This document shows, one piece after another, positions 16,997 through 24,539 of a DNA stretch of 32,000 nucleotides. The translations under genes and the position numbers were made by a program. Where the stretch lies: NCBI RefSeq assembly GCF_000092105.1, contig NC_014148.1, positions 5,070,001 through 5,102,000 on the forward strand, read 5' to 3'. This stretch comes from Planctopirus limnophila DSM 3776 (GTDB lineage: Bacteria > Planctomycetota > Planctomycetia > Planctomycetales > Planctomycetaceae). Each line of letters opens with the position of its first letter. Position 1 is the stretch's first letter. Below the pieces are notes generated by a model that worked only from the letters and a program-made list of their open reading frames with translations, did no database searches and had not been told where the DNA came from.

Positions 16997-17902
16997 GTGA
17001 ACCGTCCATTTGATGTCTTCTCAAAACGTATTGTGAAGCTACCTGAAGTCTTTGAATACGACGTACTACCTGACAAGCTACGCAATCAGCTTGTCATTCT
17101 CTTTGACAGAACCATTTTCCGATTAGCCGAGAATCTTAACATTGGCGGTGAGGTGCAGGGGACTATCCGCCATCTTGTTGCCCGCATTGGCGAGGAACAT
17201 GGGCTGAATTCCCTAGATGATTCGTTCGTTCCAGTCTCAGGTAGAGCAAATTCGCCCATTGAGCAACTTAGAAACTGTATTTGGCGAGAAGGTGAGGTCG
17301 GAATTGTTTTGGATGCTGTGGAGTGGCTATGCATTGCCTTCCTGCACTTCGACAGACAATATGAGTTCCTGAAACTAAAATCGTCCACTGAAATTGCCAC
17401 CCTAAACTATCGGTTCCGTGAAAATGGTATCGGTTATGAGTTTAATATTGACGCTAAGAAGATTATTCGTATTGACTCGACTCTTCTCCACCAGTCGTCA
17501 ATTCTTCCCTCTCTGTCGTTGTTAACTGATCCACTCTACTCAACAGCAAATTCTGAGTTTGTCATTGCGTTCGAGGATTACAAGAAGGGTGATTATGACG
17601 ACTGTGCAGTGAAATCATGCTCTGCCTTCGAGAGTACACTCAAAGTTATTTGCACTCGGAAAGGGTGGGCATTCGACCCGAATAAGGATACTTGCAGCAA
17701 ACTGGTCGAGATTGTCGTCAAGAATGGGAATCTCGATTCTTTTTTGACAGAACCGTTCAAGCTGATCGGGAGCATCCGAAACAAATTGAGTGCCGCCCAC
17801 GGAGGCGGGACTTCCCAGCGTGTTGTTACCGAAGAAATGGCTCGATACTGCCTCAATTCAACTGCTTCTGCCATTCTTTACATGGTCGAAGCTACACGCT
17901 GA
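16997..17902 (+). CDS. AbiJ-NTD4-like / HEPN-like protein (resembles the STM4504/CBY_0614 family)
   Basis: The N-terminus FDVFSKRIVKLPEVFEYDVLPDKLRNQLVILF resembles the AbiJ N-terminal domain signature (FSKR...y.YD.lP..LR.Qi..i). The C-terminus has SIRNKLSAAHGGG, which is R-x6-H, the upper limit of the HEPN Rx4-6H motif (R261..H268). GTG start with aaggagg 6 nt upstream. Confidence 0.65.
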   Translation: MNRPFDVFSKRIVKLPEVFEYDVLPDKLRNQLVILFDRTIFRLAENLNIGGEVQGTIRHLVARIGEEHGLNSLDDSFVPVSGRANSPIEQLRNCIWREGEVGIVLDAVEWLCIAFLHFDRQYEFLKLKSSTEIATLNYRFRENGIGYEFNIDAKKIIRIDSTLLHQSSILPSLSLLTDPLYSTANSEFVIAFEDYKKGDYDDCAVKSCSAFESTLKVICTRKGWAFDPNKDTCSKLVEIVVKNGNLDSFLTEPFKLIGSIRNKLSAAHGGGTSQRVVTEEMARYCLNSTASAILYMVEATR

Positions 17903-18206
17903 CAAAATGCCGTTGATTCCACACTAACTAGGATGTGAAACCATCCCAGTCTGCACGGCATGCCATTAGCGTCATTGCAAAATCCACCTTTATCAGCGCA
18001 TTCGCCGAGCGAACAATGTCCGCCGAGTTCCCTTGGAGGAGCGTAATCGTTAGCTGTCCGCATAGTCCGAATGCCTTCCTCGAAAATTCCTGATAGAGTC
18101 CTGTCACTCCGGCTAGAAGTGTAGACTCAAACCCCACCCTCTTTTGCCAACACAACCATCCCCATCGATTCCGTTTTCGCGAAGAAACTGCCTTTTTTTG
18201 CAGCGA

Positions 18207-18233
18207 CTGTCACAGGGCTTTCCCTTGTGTGTC
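18207..18233 (+). promoter_or_regulatory. Candidate ECF-type promoter upstream of the ECF sigma gene
   Basis: CTGTCACAG-N13-GTGTC lies 57 nt before the start codon. The same bipartite motif with identical spacing recurs at 19188-19214. Confidence 0.5.
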
Positions 18234-18289
18234 CAAGGAGTGGATCACATGCTCAATTGACTCCTAGATCCTGAGCGAGGAATTTCGCG

Positions 18290-19171
18290 ATGCAAAATCC
18301 CTTCACCGAAGTCCCCGATGAATCGACCGATGCCGACCTCATCGAAGAGGCCCGGCAAGGGAGTCGTGAGGCGCTGGAGAAACTGGTGCTCAGGCATCAG
18401 GCGTGGATCTACAACATCGCCATCCGCATGGTCTTTCACCCTCAGGATGCCGAGGAAGTCACCCAGGAAGTGCTGATCAAGGTCATCACCCGCCTCAGCA
18501 CGTTCCAGGGGGAAAGCCAGTTTCGCACATGGCTCTACCGCATCACAGCCAACCATGTTTTGAATATGAGACGTCGCGGTGCCGAGCGGGAGGTTCATAC
18601 GTTCTCCAGCTACGCCAGCGCGATCAACGCGACGCCGGATCTCGATCTGCCCGACCCGAAGTCGGTTCCCGTCGAAGTGCCGCTCCTCGTTGAAGAGGCG
18701 AAAATCTCCTGCACGATGGGGATGTTGCTCTGCCTCGACCGCCAGCAGCGGCTGATCTTCACGCTCGGCGAAATCCTCGGAGTCACCGACAAGGTCGGCA
18801 GCGACATCCTCGAGATCTCCGCCGACAACTTCCGCCAGTGCCTCTCACGCGCCCGCCGTGATCTTCACCAGTTCATGCACGGCCAATGTGGTCTGGTCAA
18901 TCCCGATAACCCCTGCCGCTGTGCCAAGAAAACCAGAGGTTTCATCGAGGCGGGGCATGTCGATCCCAACCATCTGCAATTTGTCCCCCGGCACGTGCGG
19001 CGTATCTCGGCAGCAGCCGAAGCTCTGGTACTCACCATCGAGCAGACCGTGGATGAACATGACCAGACGATCTTCCGCGAGCATCCTTTTCTCGAACCCA
19101 GGCACCAGCTCGACTGGCTCCGGCGACTGCTCGACAAGGGGGATTTCGGGACTGCCCTCGATCTCAATTAA
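18290..19171 (+). CDS. ECF-type sigma-70 family RNA polymerase sigma factor with a ~110-aa C-terminal Cys/His-containing extension
   Basis: Region 2: ALEKLVLRHQAWIYNIAIRMVFHPQDAEEVTQEVLIKV...FRTWLYRITANHVLNMRR. Region 4: LIFTLGEILGVTDKVGSDILEISADNFRQCLSRARRDL. Extension: HQFMHGQCGLVNPDNPCRCAKK... Confidence 0.85.
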   Translation: MQNPFTEVPDESTDADLIEEARQGSREALEKLVLRHQAWIYNIAIRMVFHPQDAEEVTQEVLIKVITRLSTFQGESQFRTWLYRITANHVLNMRRRGAEREVHTFSSYASAINATPDLDLPDPKSVPVEVPLLVEEAKISCTMGMLLCLDRQQRLIFTLGEILGVTDKVGSDILEISADNFRQCLSRARRDLHQFMHGQCGLVNPDNPCRCAKKTRGFIEAGHVDPNHLQFVPRHVRRISAAAEALVLTIEQTVDEHDQTIFREHPFLEPRHQLDWLRRLLDKGDFGTALDLN

Positions 19172-19187
19172 ATAATTCTGGAATCGC

Positions 19188-19214
19188 CTGTCACAGTCCC
19201 CTTCCTCTCGTGTC
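19188..19214 (+). promoter_or_regulatory. Second copy of the candidate ECF-type promoter, upstream of the SDR gene
   Basis: CTGTCACAG-N13-GTGTC lies 24 nt before ATG 19238. Both spacers are pyrimidine-rich and contain TTCC. Confidence 0.5.
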
Positions 19215-19237
19215 TATGGGAGTAAGGAGGACAATTC

Positions 19238-19993
19238 ATGTCGAAATTGCAAAACAAAGTGGCTCTCGTTACGGGAGCATCTAAAGGGATCGGAGCGGGA
19301 ATCGCCGGGGAACTTGCCGCAGCCGGTGCGGCTGTGGTGGTGAACTACGCGAGCGACCGAGCCGGTGCAGAATCTGTTGTGGCTGCGATCAAGGCCGCAG
19401 GTGGCCAGGCCCTGGCGCTTAGGGGGGATGTTGCGAAAGCCGCCGATGTTGCAGCGCTGTTCGAGCGCACGCAGGCGGCCTTCGGCTCTCTCGATATTCT
19501 GGTCAACAATGCCGGCGTCTATCAGACCATGCCAGTCGCAGAACTGACAGAGGCCGAGTTCCACCGCGAGATCAATATCAACCTGCTCGGGCCACTGTTG
19601 GTGATCCGCGAATCGCTCCTGCACTTCGGGCCGGAAGGGGGGAGTATCATCAATATCGGCTCTGGTGCTTCAAAGTCGCATCCACCCGGCTTCGCCATCT
19701 ATTCTGCGAGCAAAGCGGGTCTGGATGCCGTGACAGGTGTGCTGGCCAAAGAACTCGCCCCGCGAAAAATTCGCGTTAATTCGGTCAATCCCGGCGCGAC
19801 GCTGAGTGAAGGGACGAAGGCGGCCGGATTGTATGGCGTCGAGAGTGACTTTGAGAAACTTCTCGTCTCCATGACTCCTCTGGGCCGCATGGGGACACCA
19901 CAGGACATTGCGAAGGTGGTGGCGTTTCTCGCCTCGGATGATTCGGGTTGGTTGACGGGCGAAGTCATCCTCGCCTCAGGTGGATTGCGCTAG
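19238..19993 (+). CDS. Short-chain dehydrogenase/reductase (SDR) family oxidoreductase
   Basis: [16 protein letters not shown] (TGxxxGxG), NNAG and YSASKAG (YxxxK). aaggagg RBS upstream. Confidence 0.9.
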   Translation: MSKLQNKVALVTGASKGIGAGIAGELAAAGAAVVVNYASDRAGAESVVAAIKAAGGQALALRGDVAKAADVAALFERTQAAFGSLDILVNNAGVYQTMPVAELTEAEFHREININLLGPLLVIRESLLHFGPEGGSIINIGSGASKSHPPGFAIYSASKAGLDAVTGVLAKELAPRKIRVNSVNPGATLSEGTKAAGLYGVESDFEKLLVSMTPLGRMGTPQDIAKVVAFLASDDSGWLTGEVILASGGLR

Positions 19994-20027
19994 GCCTCAT
20001 CTTTCCAAACGTCTGCAGGAGAACCTC

Positions 20028-20315
20028 ATGCCCGCCTATATTGTCTTCATGCGTGAAAAGACGCTCGATCCGTCCGAGTTGGAAACCTATTGGGAAAAGG
20101 TAAAAGGGACGCTGGATGGCCATCAGTTGAAAGTGCTGGCCGCCTATGGGAAGCATCTGACGTTGGAGGGCCCGGCTGTGGAAGGGGTCGTCATCGCCGA
20201 GTTCCCGACATTCGCTGAAGCCAGCGACTGGTACGAAAGCCCCGCCTACCAGCAAGCCGCCCAGCACCGACACAACGGCGCCATCTACCGCGGCTTAATC
20301 GTCGAAGGACTGTGA
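20028..20315 (+). CDS. DUF1330 domain protein
   Basis: About 95 aa. MPAYIVFMREKTLDPSELETYW...VVIAEFPTFAEASDWYESPAYQQAAQHR fits the DUF1330 pattern (..ay.i......d...y..Y.......g...vviEFps...a..wy.S.eYq....R). Confidence 0.75.
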   Translation: MPAYIVFMREKTLDPSELETYWEKVKGTLDGHQLKVLAAYGKHLTLEGPAVEGVVIAEFPTFAEASDWYESPAYQQAAQHRHNGAIYRGLIVEGL

Positions 20316-20405
20316 GAGCGATAAGGCTGAAAGTGTTGAGACCCTAGGGCAGGCTCCCGGCAGCCGACTTCTGGTTATGAATGCTGATCGCTTGCCCGAC
20401 TGAAT

Positions 20406-20423
20406 ACATGCAATTTTGCATGT
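20406..20423. promoter_or_regulatory. Perfect palindrome, candidate operator for the downstream HTH antitoxin-like gene
   Basis: ACATGCAA-tt-TTGCATGT has 8-bp arms and lies in an AT-rich spacer 88 nt upstream of ATG 20511. Confidence 0.5.
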
Positions 20424-20510
20424 CATTCTGCTTGAATCGCAGAGAGGAAATGCCAGATCATAGAGTTGGGATGGTTATTGCCATCGCGAAGAGAATTGCA
20501 GGGGTGGGAT

Positions 20511-20924
20511 ATGTCAGTCATAAATCGCAAGAAATCAGCAGTCCCAAAACATGTTCCGACCAAGGGGCAGGCAAAGCCCAGGATCAACCGCACATCCTTC
20601 AAGGCTGGTATGGTTTTGGAGCTTCGTCATCGACTGCAACTCAAGCAGGCAGACTTTGCTCGGCTACTTCCGGTTTCAGTGAGATCTCTCGCCACATTAG
20701 AAGGTGGGGCGCCTCCATCCGAAGCTGTCGCCCGTAAGCTTGTCGAAATCCACCGCTTAACCAACGCACTTGCGGAAGTCATCAAAAAGGATTCGCTCGG
20801 CTGGTGGTTACAAACCCCGAACGGGGCTTTTGACGGATTGAAACCCATCGAAGTCATCGACCGCGGGGAAAGCGATCGTATCTGGTCGATGATCTTCTTT
20901 CTCAGGTCTGGAGTCCCTGCATAA
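20511..20924 (+). CDS. Xre-type HTH + DUF2384 (MbcA/ParS-like antitoxin) domain protein
   Basis: HTH LKQADFARLLPVSVRSLATLEGG. C-terminus WWLQTPNGAFDGLKPIEVIDRGESDRIWSMIFFLRSG matches the DUF2384 pattern (WL..pn.algG..Pl.ll.t..G...v...L..i..G). Confidence 0.75.
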   Translation: MSVINRKKSAVPKHVPTKGQAKPRINRTSFKAGMVLELRHRLQLKQADFARLLPVSVRSLATLEGGAPPSEAVARKLVEIHRLTNALAEVIKKDSLGWWLQTPNGAFDGLKPIEVIDRGESDRIWSMIFFLRSGVPA

Positions 20925-21095
20925 GGCATAGCGTTCAAAAGCACGTGCGAGGTTGCCAAGTCCTGTAGGGTGCGGTTAAGGCTTTGCGCAACCCACCAGA
21001 TCTTCTGCGAACTCATTCTCTGTCCCTTTGCCCTACCGATCGCCCCACAGCAAAAGCCCCGTCATCCTCCACCAATATTCCCGAGGAACCCATGC

Positions 21096-21350
21096 ATGGC
21101 TGCGTCTGATCTTTTGCAGATTCCGGGGATTGGTAAGACTTTTGTCCGGGATTTTGCGCGGATTGGGATTCATTCCATCGATCAACTGGTGCAGAAAGAT
21201 CCCGAGCTGCTTTTTCATCAGTTGGCACTCGCCAATCAGGCGGTTGACCATAAAACCAGCAAGAACTATCTCTACGTCATTCGCATGGCCGTCTACTATG
21301 CCAATGGCGGGCGGGATCCTGAGCAGTTGAAATGGCATGCCTGGAAGTGA
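21096..21350 (+). CDS. Helix-hairpin-helix protein, Cdd1 ('pathogenicity locus') family-like
   Basis: LLQIPGIGKTFVRDFARIGIHSIDQLVQKDPELLFHQL...YLYVIRMAVYYANGG. The HhH motif plus the conserved tail are as I recall for PF11731. Confidence 0.55.
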   Translation: MAASDLLQIPGIGKTFVRDFARIGIHSIDQLVQKDPELLFHQLALANQAVDHKTSKNYLYVIRMAVYYANGGRDPEQLKWHAWK

Positions 21351-21385
21351 TGGTGGCCAGGCAGTTCCTGCGGGGGTCGAGTTTT

Positions 21386-21847
21386 TCAGGCTGTGGGCTG
21401 GATTTGCAGATCGACGCGATAGCCGAGAGCCCATTGGTGGAAGCCGAGCTTTTCGTAAAAGGGGGCCACATCGGGGGCACAATCGAGAATCACCTTGTAG
21501 CAACCCGCCTGCTGACAGACTTCAAAGAGGTGCTTCATCAGTGCCAGCCCAATGCCGTGATGCTGCTCACTCTGGCGGACTGCCACATCTTCAATATGCC
21601 CCACTGCACTGCCACCATGCAGAAACTTGGGCTCAATCATGAGTGATGCCGTCCCGATCACCTGATTTTCGAGCAAAGCCACATACGTGTGAACTTTGCT
21701 CCGCAGGCGTCGTTGAAAGACCGAGACGGCGGCTTCATGGGAAAGTTCCGTTGGCTTGAGTGCCGAGAGCGTTTCGAGAAACCCGCGCTGGAGATCGCGG
21801 GCATCCATCAGCCGAACGACAAGGCCGGGTGGGGGTGTGACAGTCAT
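21386..21847 (-). CDS. GNAT family N-acetyltransferase (glucosamine-6-phosphate N-acetyltransferase-like)
   Basis: VIGTASLMIEPKFLHGGSAVGHIEDVAVRQSEQHHGIGLALMKHL...GCYKVILDC...FYEKLGF is the acetyl-CoA binding R/Q-x-x-G-x-G/A pattern. Start at MTVTPPPG (cat 21845-21847). Confidence 0.8.
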   Translation of the reverse strand: MTVTPPPGLVVRLMDARDLQRGFLETLSALKPTELSHEAAVSVFQRRLRSKVHTYVALLENQVIGTASLMIEPKFLHGGSAVGHIEDVAVRQSEQHHGIGLALMKHLFEVCQQAGCYKVILDCAPDVAPFYEKLGFHQWALGYRVDLQIQPTA

Positions 21848-22174
21848 ACAATCCTTTTTGCTCGCTAATGGCCAGGATGTTGAACGCCTAGTCAGGCTCC
21901 AATCGGCATCCTCACCTATGTTCTCCATGAACCGGGTCGTTTGGCAAATCCGCGGGTTGTCCAAGACTGCAAGATTTCGATGAGAGTACGGCGAACAGTC
22001 CCAAAACGGCTGGCAAGTTTGACGAATAGGTTGGATTCAGCGGGAGCGAGCTGGTGATTCCCGCGTCCTGGCGCCAAAACGGAAAATGGGGCGGCAAAAC
22101 CTTGGTTCTGATCGTCGAGGATGGTATCGTATTCATTAACGCACATTGATGCGTTCTTGCCGGAGTTCCACGCC

Positions 22175-24454
22175 ATGCCCGCCCCCGCCTCAAGTTTGAA
22201 GATTGGCATTGCCTCCTGCTGCCGGAACCATGGGCTCCGAGTGGTCGCGCTCGGTTTGTTTCTGATGGTTTGTGAAACTGTGCGGGCTGAAACTGCCCCC
22301 AGCTTTCGCAACGAAGTGATGGCCGTCCTTTCGAAGGCGGGGTGCAATCAGGGAGCGTGTCACGGGAATGCACGCGGCAAGGGAGGCTTTCAGCTTTCCC
22401 TGCGAGGGCAGGAACCTGCGGCCGACTACCAGGCCATTGTGCATGAGTGGCAGGGCCGCCGGATTGACACCTTCCAGGCTGAGAAAAGTCTGCTACTAGA
22501 AAAGCCGTTGATGCTCGTACCGCACGAAGGAGGGCGCCGATTAACGGCAGGGACCATCGAGCATGAGATTCTTTCCCGCTGGATTGCCGCCGGTGCTCCA
22601 GAAGATCCACCTTCGACACCGCAACTGGTAAGCATAGAAGTCTCACCACGCCAGCGAGATCTGATTGTGCCAAGCGCCGCCGAAGCGACCTTTCGTCTCG
22701 AAGTGCTGGCCAGGTTTTCTGATGGTACGACAAAAAACGTCACCCGGCTCACCGTCTTTGAACCTTCACAGCCAGTCGTCGAGATCGATCCCGAAGGATC
22801 GGTGAGTGTGCAGGAGTTTGGAGCCTACGCGATTGTGGCCAGGTATCTCGACCAGCAGGTCACTGTTCGTCTGGCCGTTTTTCCACCCCATGCTCATGCT
22901 GCTGCGGTCGAGCGACGACCTCACTCACCTATGGATGAGATTGTCTTCCGCCGGTTAAGAGAATTGCAGATTGAACCCTCGGCTTTGTGCGACGACCAGA
23001 CGTTTATCCGCCGCACAACACTCGACATGATTGGCCTCTTGCCCACTCCTCAGGAAGCCCGCGACTTCGTCAACAATGGAGATCCCCAGAAGCGGCAGAA
23101 GTGGATTGAAAGCCTGTTGGCTCGTGCCGAGTTCGCCGATTGGTGGGCCCTCAAATGGTGCGACCTCTTGCGTGTCGAAGAGAAAACTCTTGATGCCAAA
23201 GGGGTGGCGGCTTTTCATGGCTGGATTCGAGACGCGATTGCCAGAAATCAGCCCGTCGATGAGTTCGTACAAGAACTGATTTCGGCCCGCGGAAGTTCTT
23301 ATACCGTCCCCGCAACCAACTATTATCGAGCATTGAGAGACCCTGCGACTCGAGCAGAAGCGACTGCCCAGATTTTTCTCGGTGCCCGGCTGCAATGCGC
23401 GAAATGCCATAATCATCCCTTCGACCAATGGAGCCAGAACGATTATTACGCCTGGTCGAATGTTTTCTCGCAGATCGATTACCAGATCGTCGAAAACCAG
23501 CGGGGTGATACTAATGACGCGCACGAGTTCAAAGGCGAACAGATTATTCTGCTGAAAATGAAAGAGCAGTTTCCTGATCCTCGCACAGGGCAGCCCAGGC
23601 AGCCGAGTCTGCTTGATCATCAGTTACCGCCCTTGAATGCCGAGGAAGATCGATTGCTCCCCATGGCCCAGTGGCTGGCGAGCAGGAATAATCGCCGGTT
23701 TGTCGAAGTCTTCGTCAATCGTGTCTGGCAGCAAATGCTGGGGCGAGGGATTGTCGAGCCTGTGGATGATTTTCGCGCCACGAACCCCGCCGCTCACCCG
23801 GAACTCCTCAGCTGGCTGAGTGACGAGTTCGTTCATCACAATTGCGATCTGAAGTGGCTGGTGAACACGATTGCGAATTCAGCCGTCTATCAATCGAGTT
23901 CGACAACAAATCCCAGCAATTCGCGAGACGAAGTTTTCTTTTCGCATAGCTACGTCAAACGATTAAGTGCCGAGCAGTTACTCGACGCCATCAGTCAGGC
24001 GACGGACGTAAGGCCAAACTTTGCTGATCATCCGCAGATCCAGCGGGCTCAGGCCTTGCCAGGGGTCCAGGCCATGGCTTTCCGGCGAGGAAAGACCACT
24101 TTGGCAGATCGATTTCTACGAGAATTTGGTCGGCCACAACGATTGCAATCGTGCGATTGCGAGCGAACCACCGAAACGACACTGACCCAGACATTTCAAT
24201 TGATTGGCGGCAAACTCATTCAGGAGTGGGTGACCAATCCAGATAACATTCTGAAAACACTCGCTACAGATCATCGCGAGACTGATCCCTCGGCCATTGA
24301 AGAACTTTACTGGCGCACAATCAGTCGAGCACCCACTTCCCTGGAAGCGGAAACGCATAGGAAATACATCGAGAAGTCACCCACGCCTCGTGAGGGCTTT
24401 GAAGACATTCTATGGGCCTTGCTCAATAGTGATGAATTTTTATTGAGGCATTAG
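22175..24454 (+). CDS. DUF1549 (PSCyt2) / Ig-like / DUF1553 (PSD1) domain protein
   Basis: N-terminal GCNQGACHG, a Big_2-like middle region, FIRRTTLDMIGLLPTPQEARDF (DUF1549) and LGARLQCAKCHNHPFDQW (DUF1553). Signal/TM sequence after ATG 22175. Confidence 0.88.
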   Translation: MPAPASSLKIGIASCCRNHGLRVVALGLFLMVCETVRAETAPSFRNEVMAVLSKAGCNQGACHGNARGKGGFQLSLRGQEPAADYQAIVHEWQGRRIDTFQAEKSLLLEKPLMLVPHEGGRRLTAGTIEHEILSRWIAAGAPEDPPSTPQLVSIEVSPRQRDLIVPSAAEATFRLEVLARFSDGTTKNVTRLTVFEPSQPVVEIDPEGSVSVQEFGAYAIVARYLDQQVTVRLAVFPPHAHAAAVERRPHSPMDEIVFRRLRELQIEPSALCDDQTFIRRTTLDMIGLLPTPQEARDFVNNGDPQKRQKWIESLLARAEFADWWALKWCDLLRVEEKTLDAKGVAAFHGWIRDAIARNQPVDEFVQELISARGSSYTVPATNYYRALRDPATRAEATAQIFLGARLQCAKCHNHPFDQWSQNDYYAWSNVFSQIDYQIVENQRGDTNDAHEFKGEQIILLKMKEQFPDPRTGQPRQPSLLDHQLPPLNAEEDRLLPMAQWLASRNNRRFVEVFVNRVWQQMLGRGIVEPVDDFRATNPAAHPELLSWLSDEFVHHNCDLKWLVNTIANSAVYQSSSTTNPSNSRDEVFFSHSYVKRLSAEQLLDAISQATDVRPNFADHPQIQRAQALPGVQAMAFRRGKTTLADRFLREFGRPQRLQSCDCERTTETTLTQTFQLIGGKLIQEWVTNPDNILKTLATDHRETDPSAIEELYWRTISRAPTSLEAETHRKYIEKSPTPREGFEDILWALLNSDEFLLRH

Positions 24455-24539
24455 CGCCCGTTACTTGAGAGTTGGCCCGCCGATTCATCTTATGTTTCTG
24501 TAGTGATGGTTTTTGCAAGCGATAGTGAGTGGTAGCAAT

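Larger units (their letters stand above)
14014..18160. mobile_element. Decayed tRNA-Pro-associated genomic island or prophage/satellite remnant (right boundary approximate)
   Basis: It starts at the tRNA 3' end. Hand counts of single 60-nt lines give 27/60 (15001), 22/60 (16001) and 22/60 (17401) G+C, versus 34/60 in flanking line 12301. It contains a phage TerS gene, an Abi-like gene and a pseudogene. No intact integrase or attR was seen. Confidence 0.55.

Noticed and set aside
16425-17024. N-terminal 200 codons of the 555-aa minus-strand track ORF 15357..17024
   Set aside because: This part is exactly antisense to a plus-strand ORF with clear P27 small-terminase similarity, and its translation is Arg/His-rich with no features. 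I treat it as a shadow frame and start protein B at 16424 or later.
18097-18125. Third partial copy of the ECF motif (cctgtcactc...gtgtag)
   Set aside because: The upstream box is incomplete and the spacing to GTGTA is 4 nt shorter than in the two good copies.
18118-18150. tRNA-3'-end-like string gtagactcaaaccccaccctcttttgcca, a possible attR or tRNA fragment
   Set aside because: I could not form a T-stem around ctcaaac. It does not match the tRNA-Pro 3' end (gtgggttcaaatcccgccagcccga) beyond a few bases, so the resemblance is probably accidental.
20925-21095. Searched the spacer after the DUF2384 gene for a RES-domain toxin remnant
   Set aside because: No open frame and no R-E-S-like motif context is recognisable by eye. 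This cannot be excluded without an HMM search.
21912-22733. Long antisense or overlapping ORFs: 21912..22733(-), 22955..23620(-), 2726..3268(-), 6602..7096(-), 12071..12793(+), 233..647(-), 19214..19624(-)
   Set aside because: Each lies inside, or opposite to, a CDS with strong family motifs. Their translations are Arg/Pro/Ser-rich, as expected of shadow frames in G+C-rich DNA.
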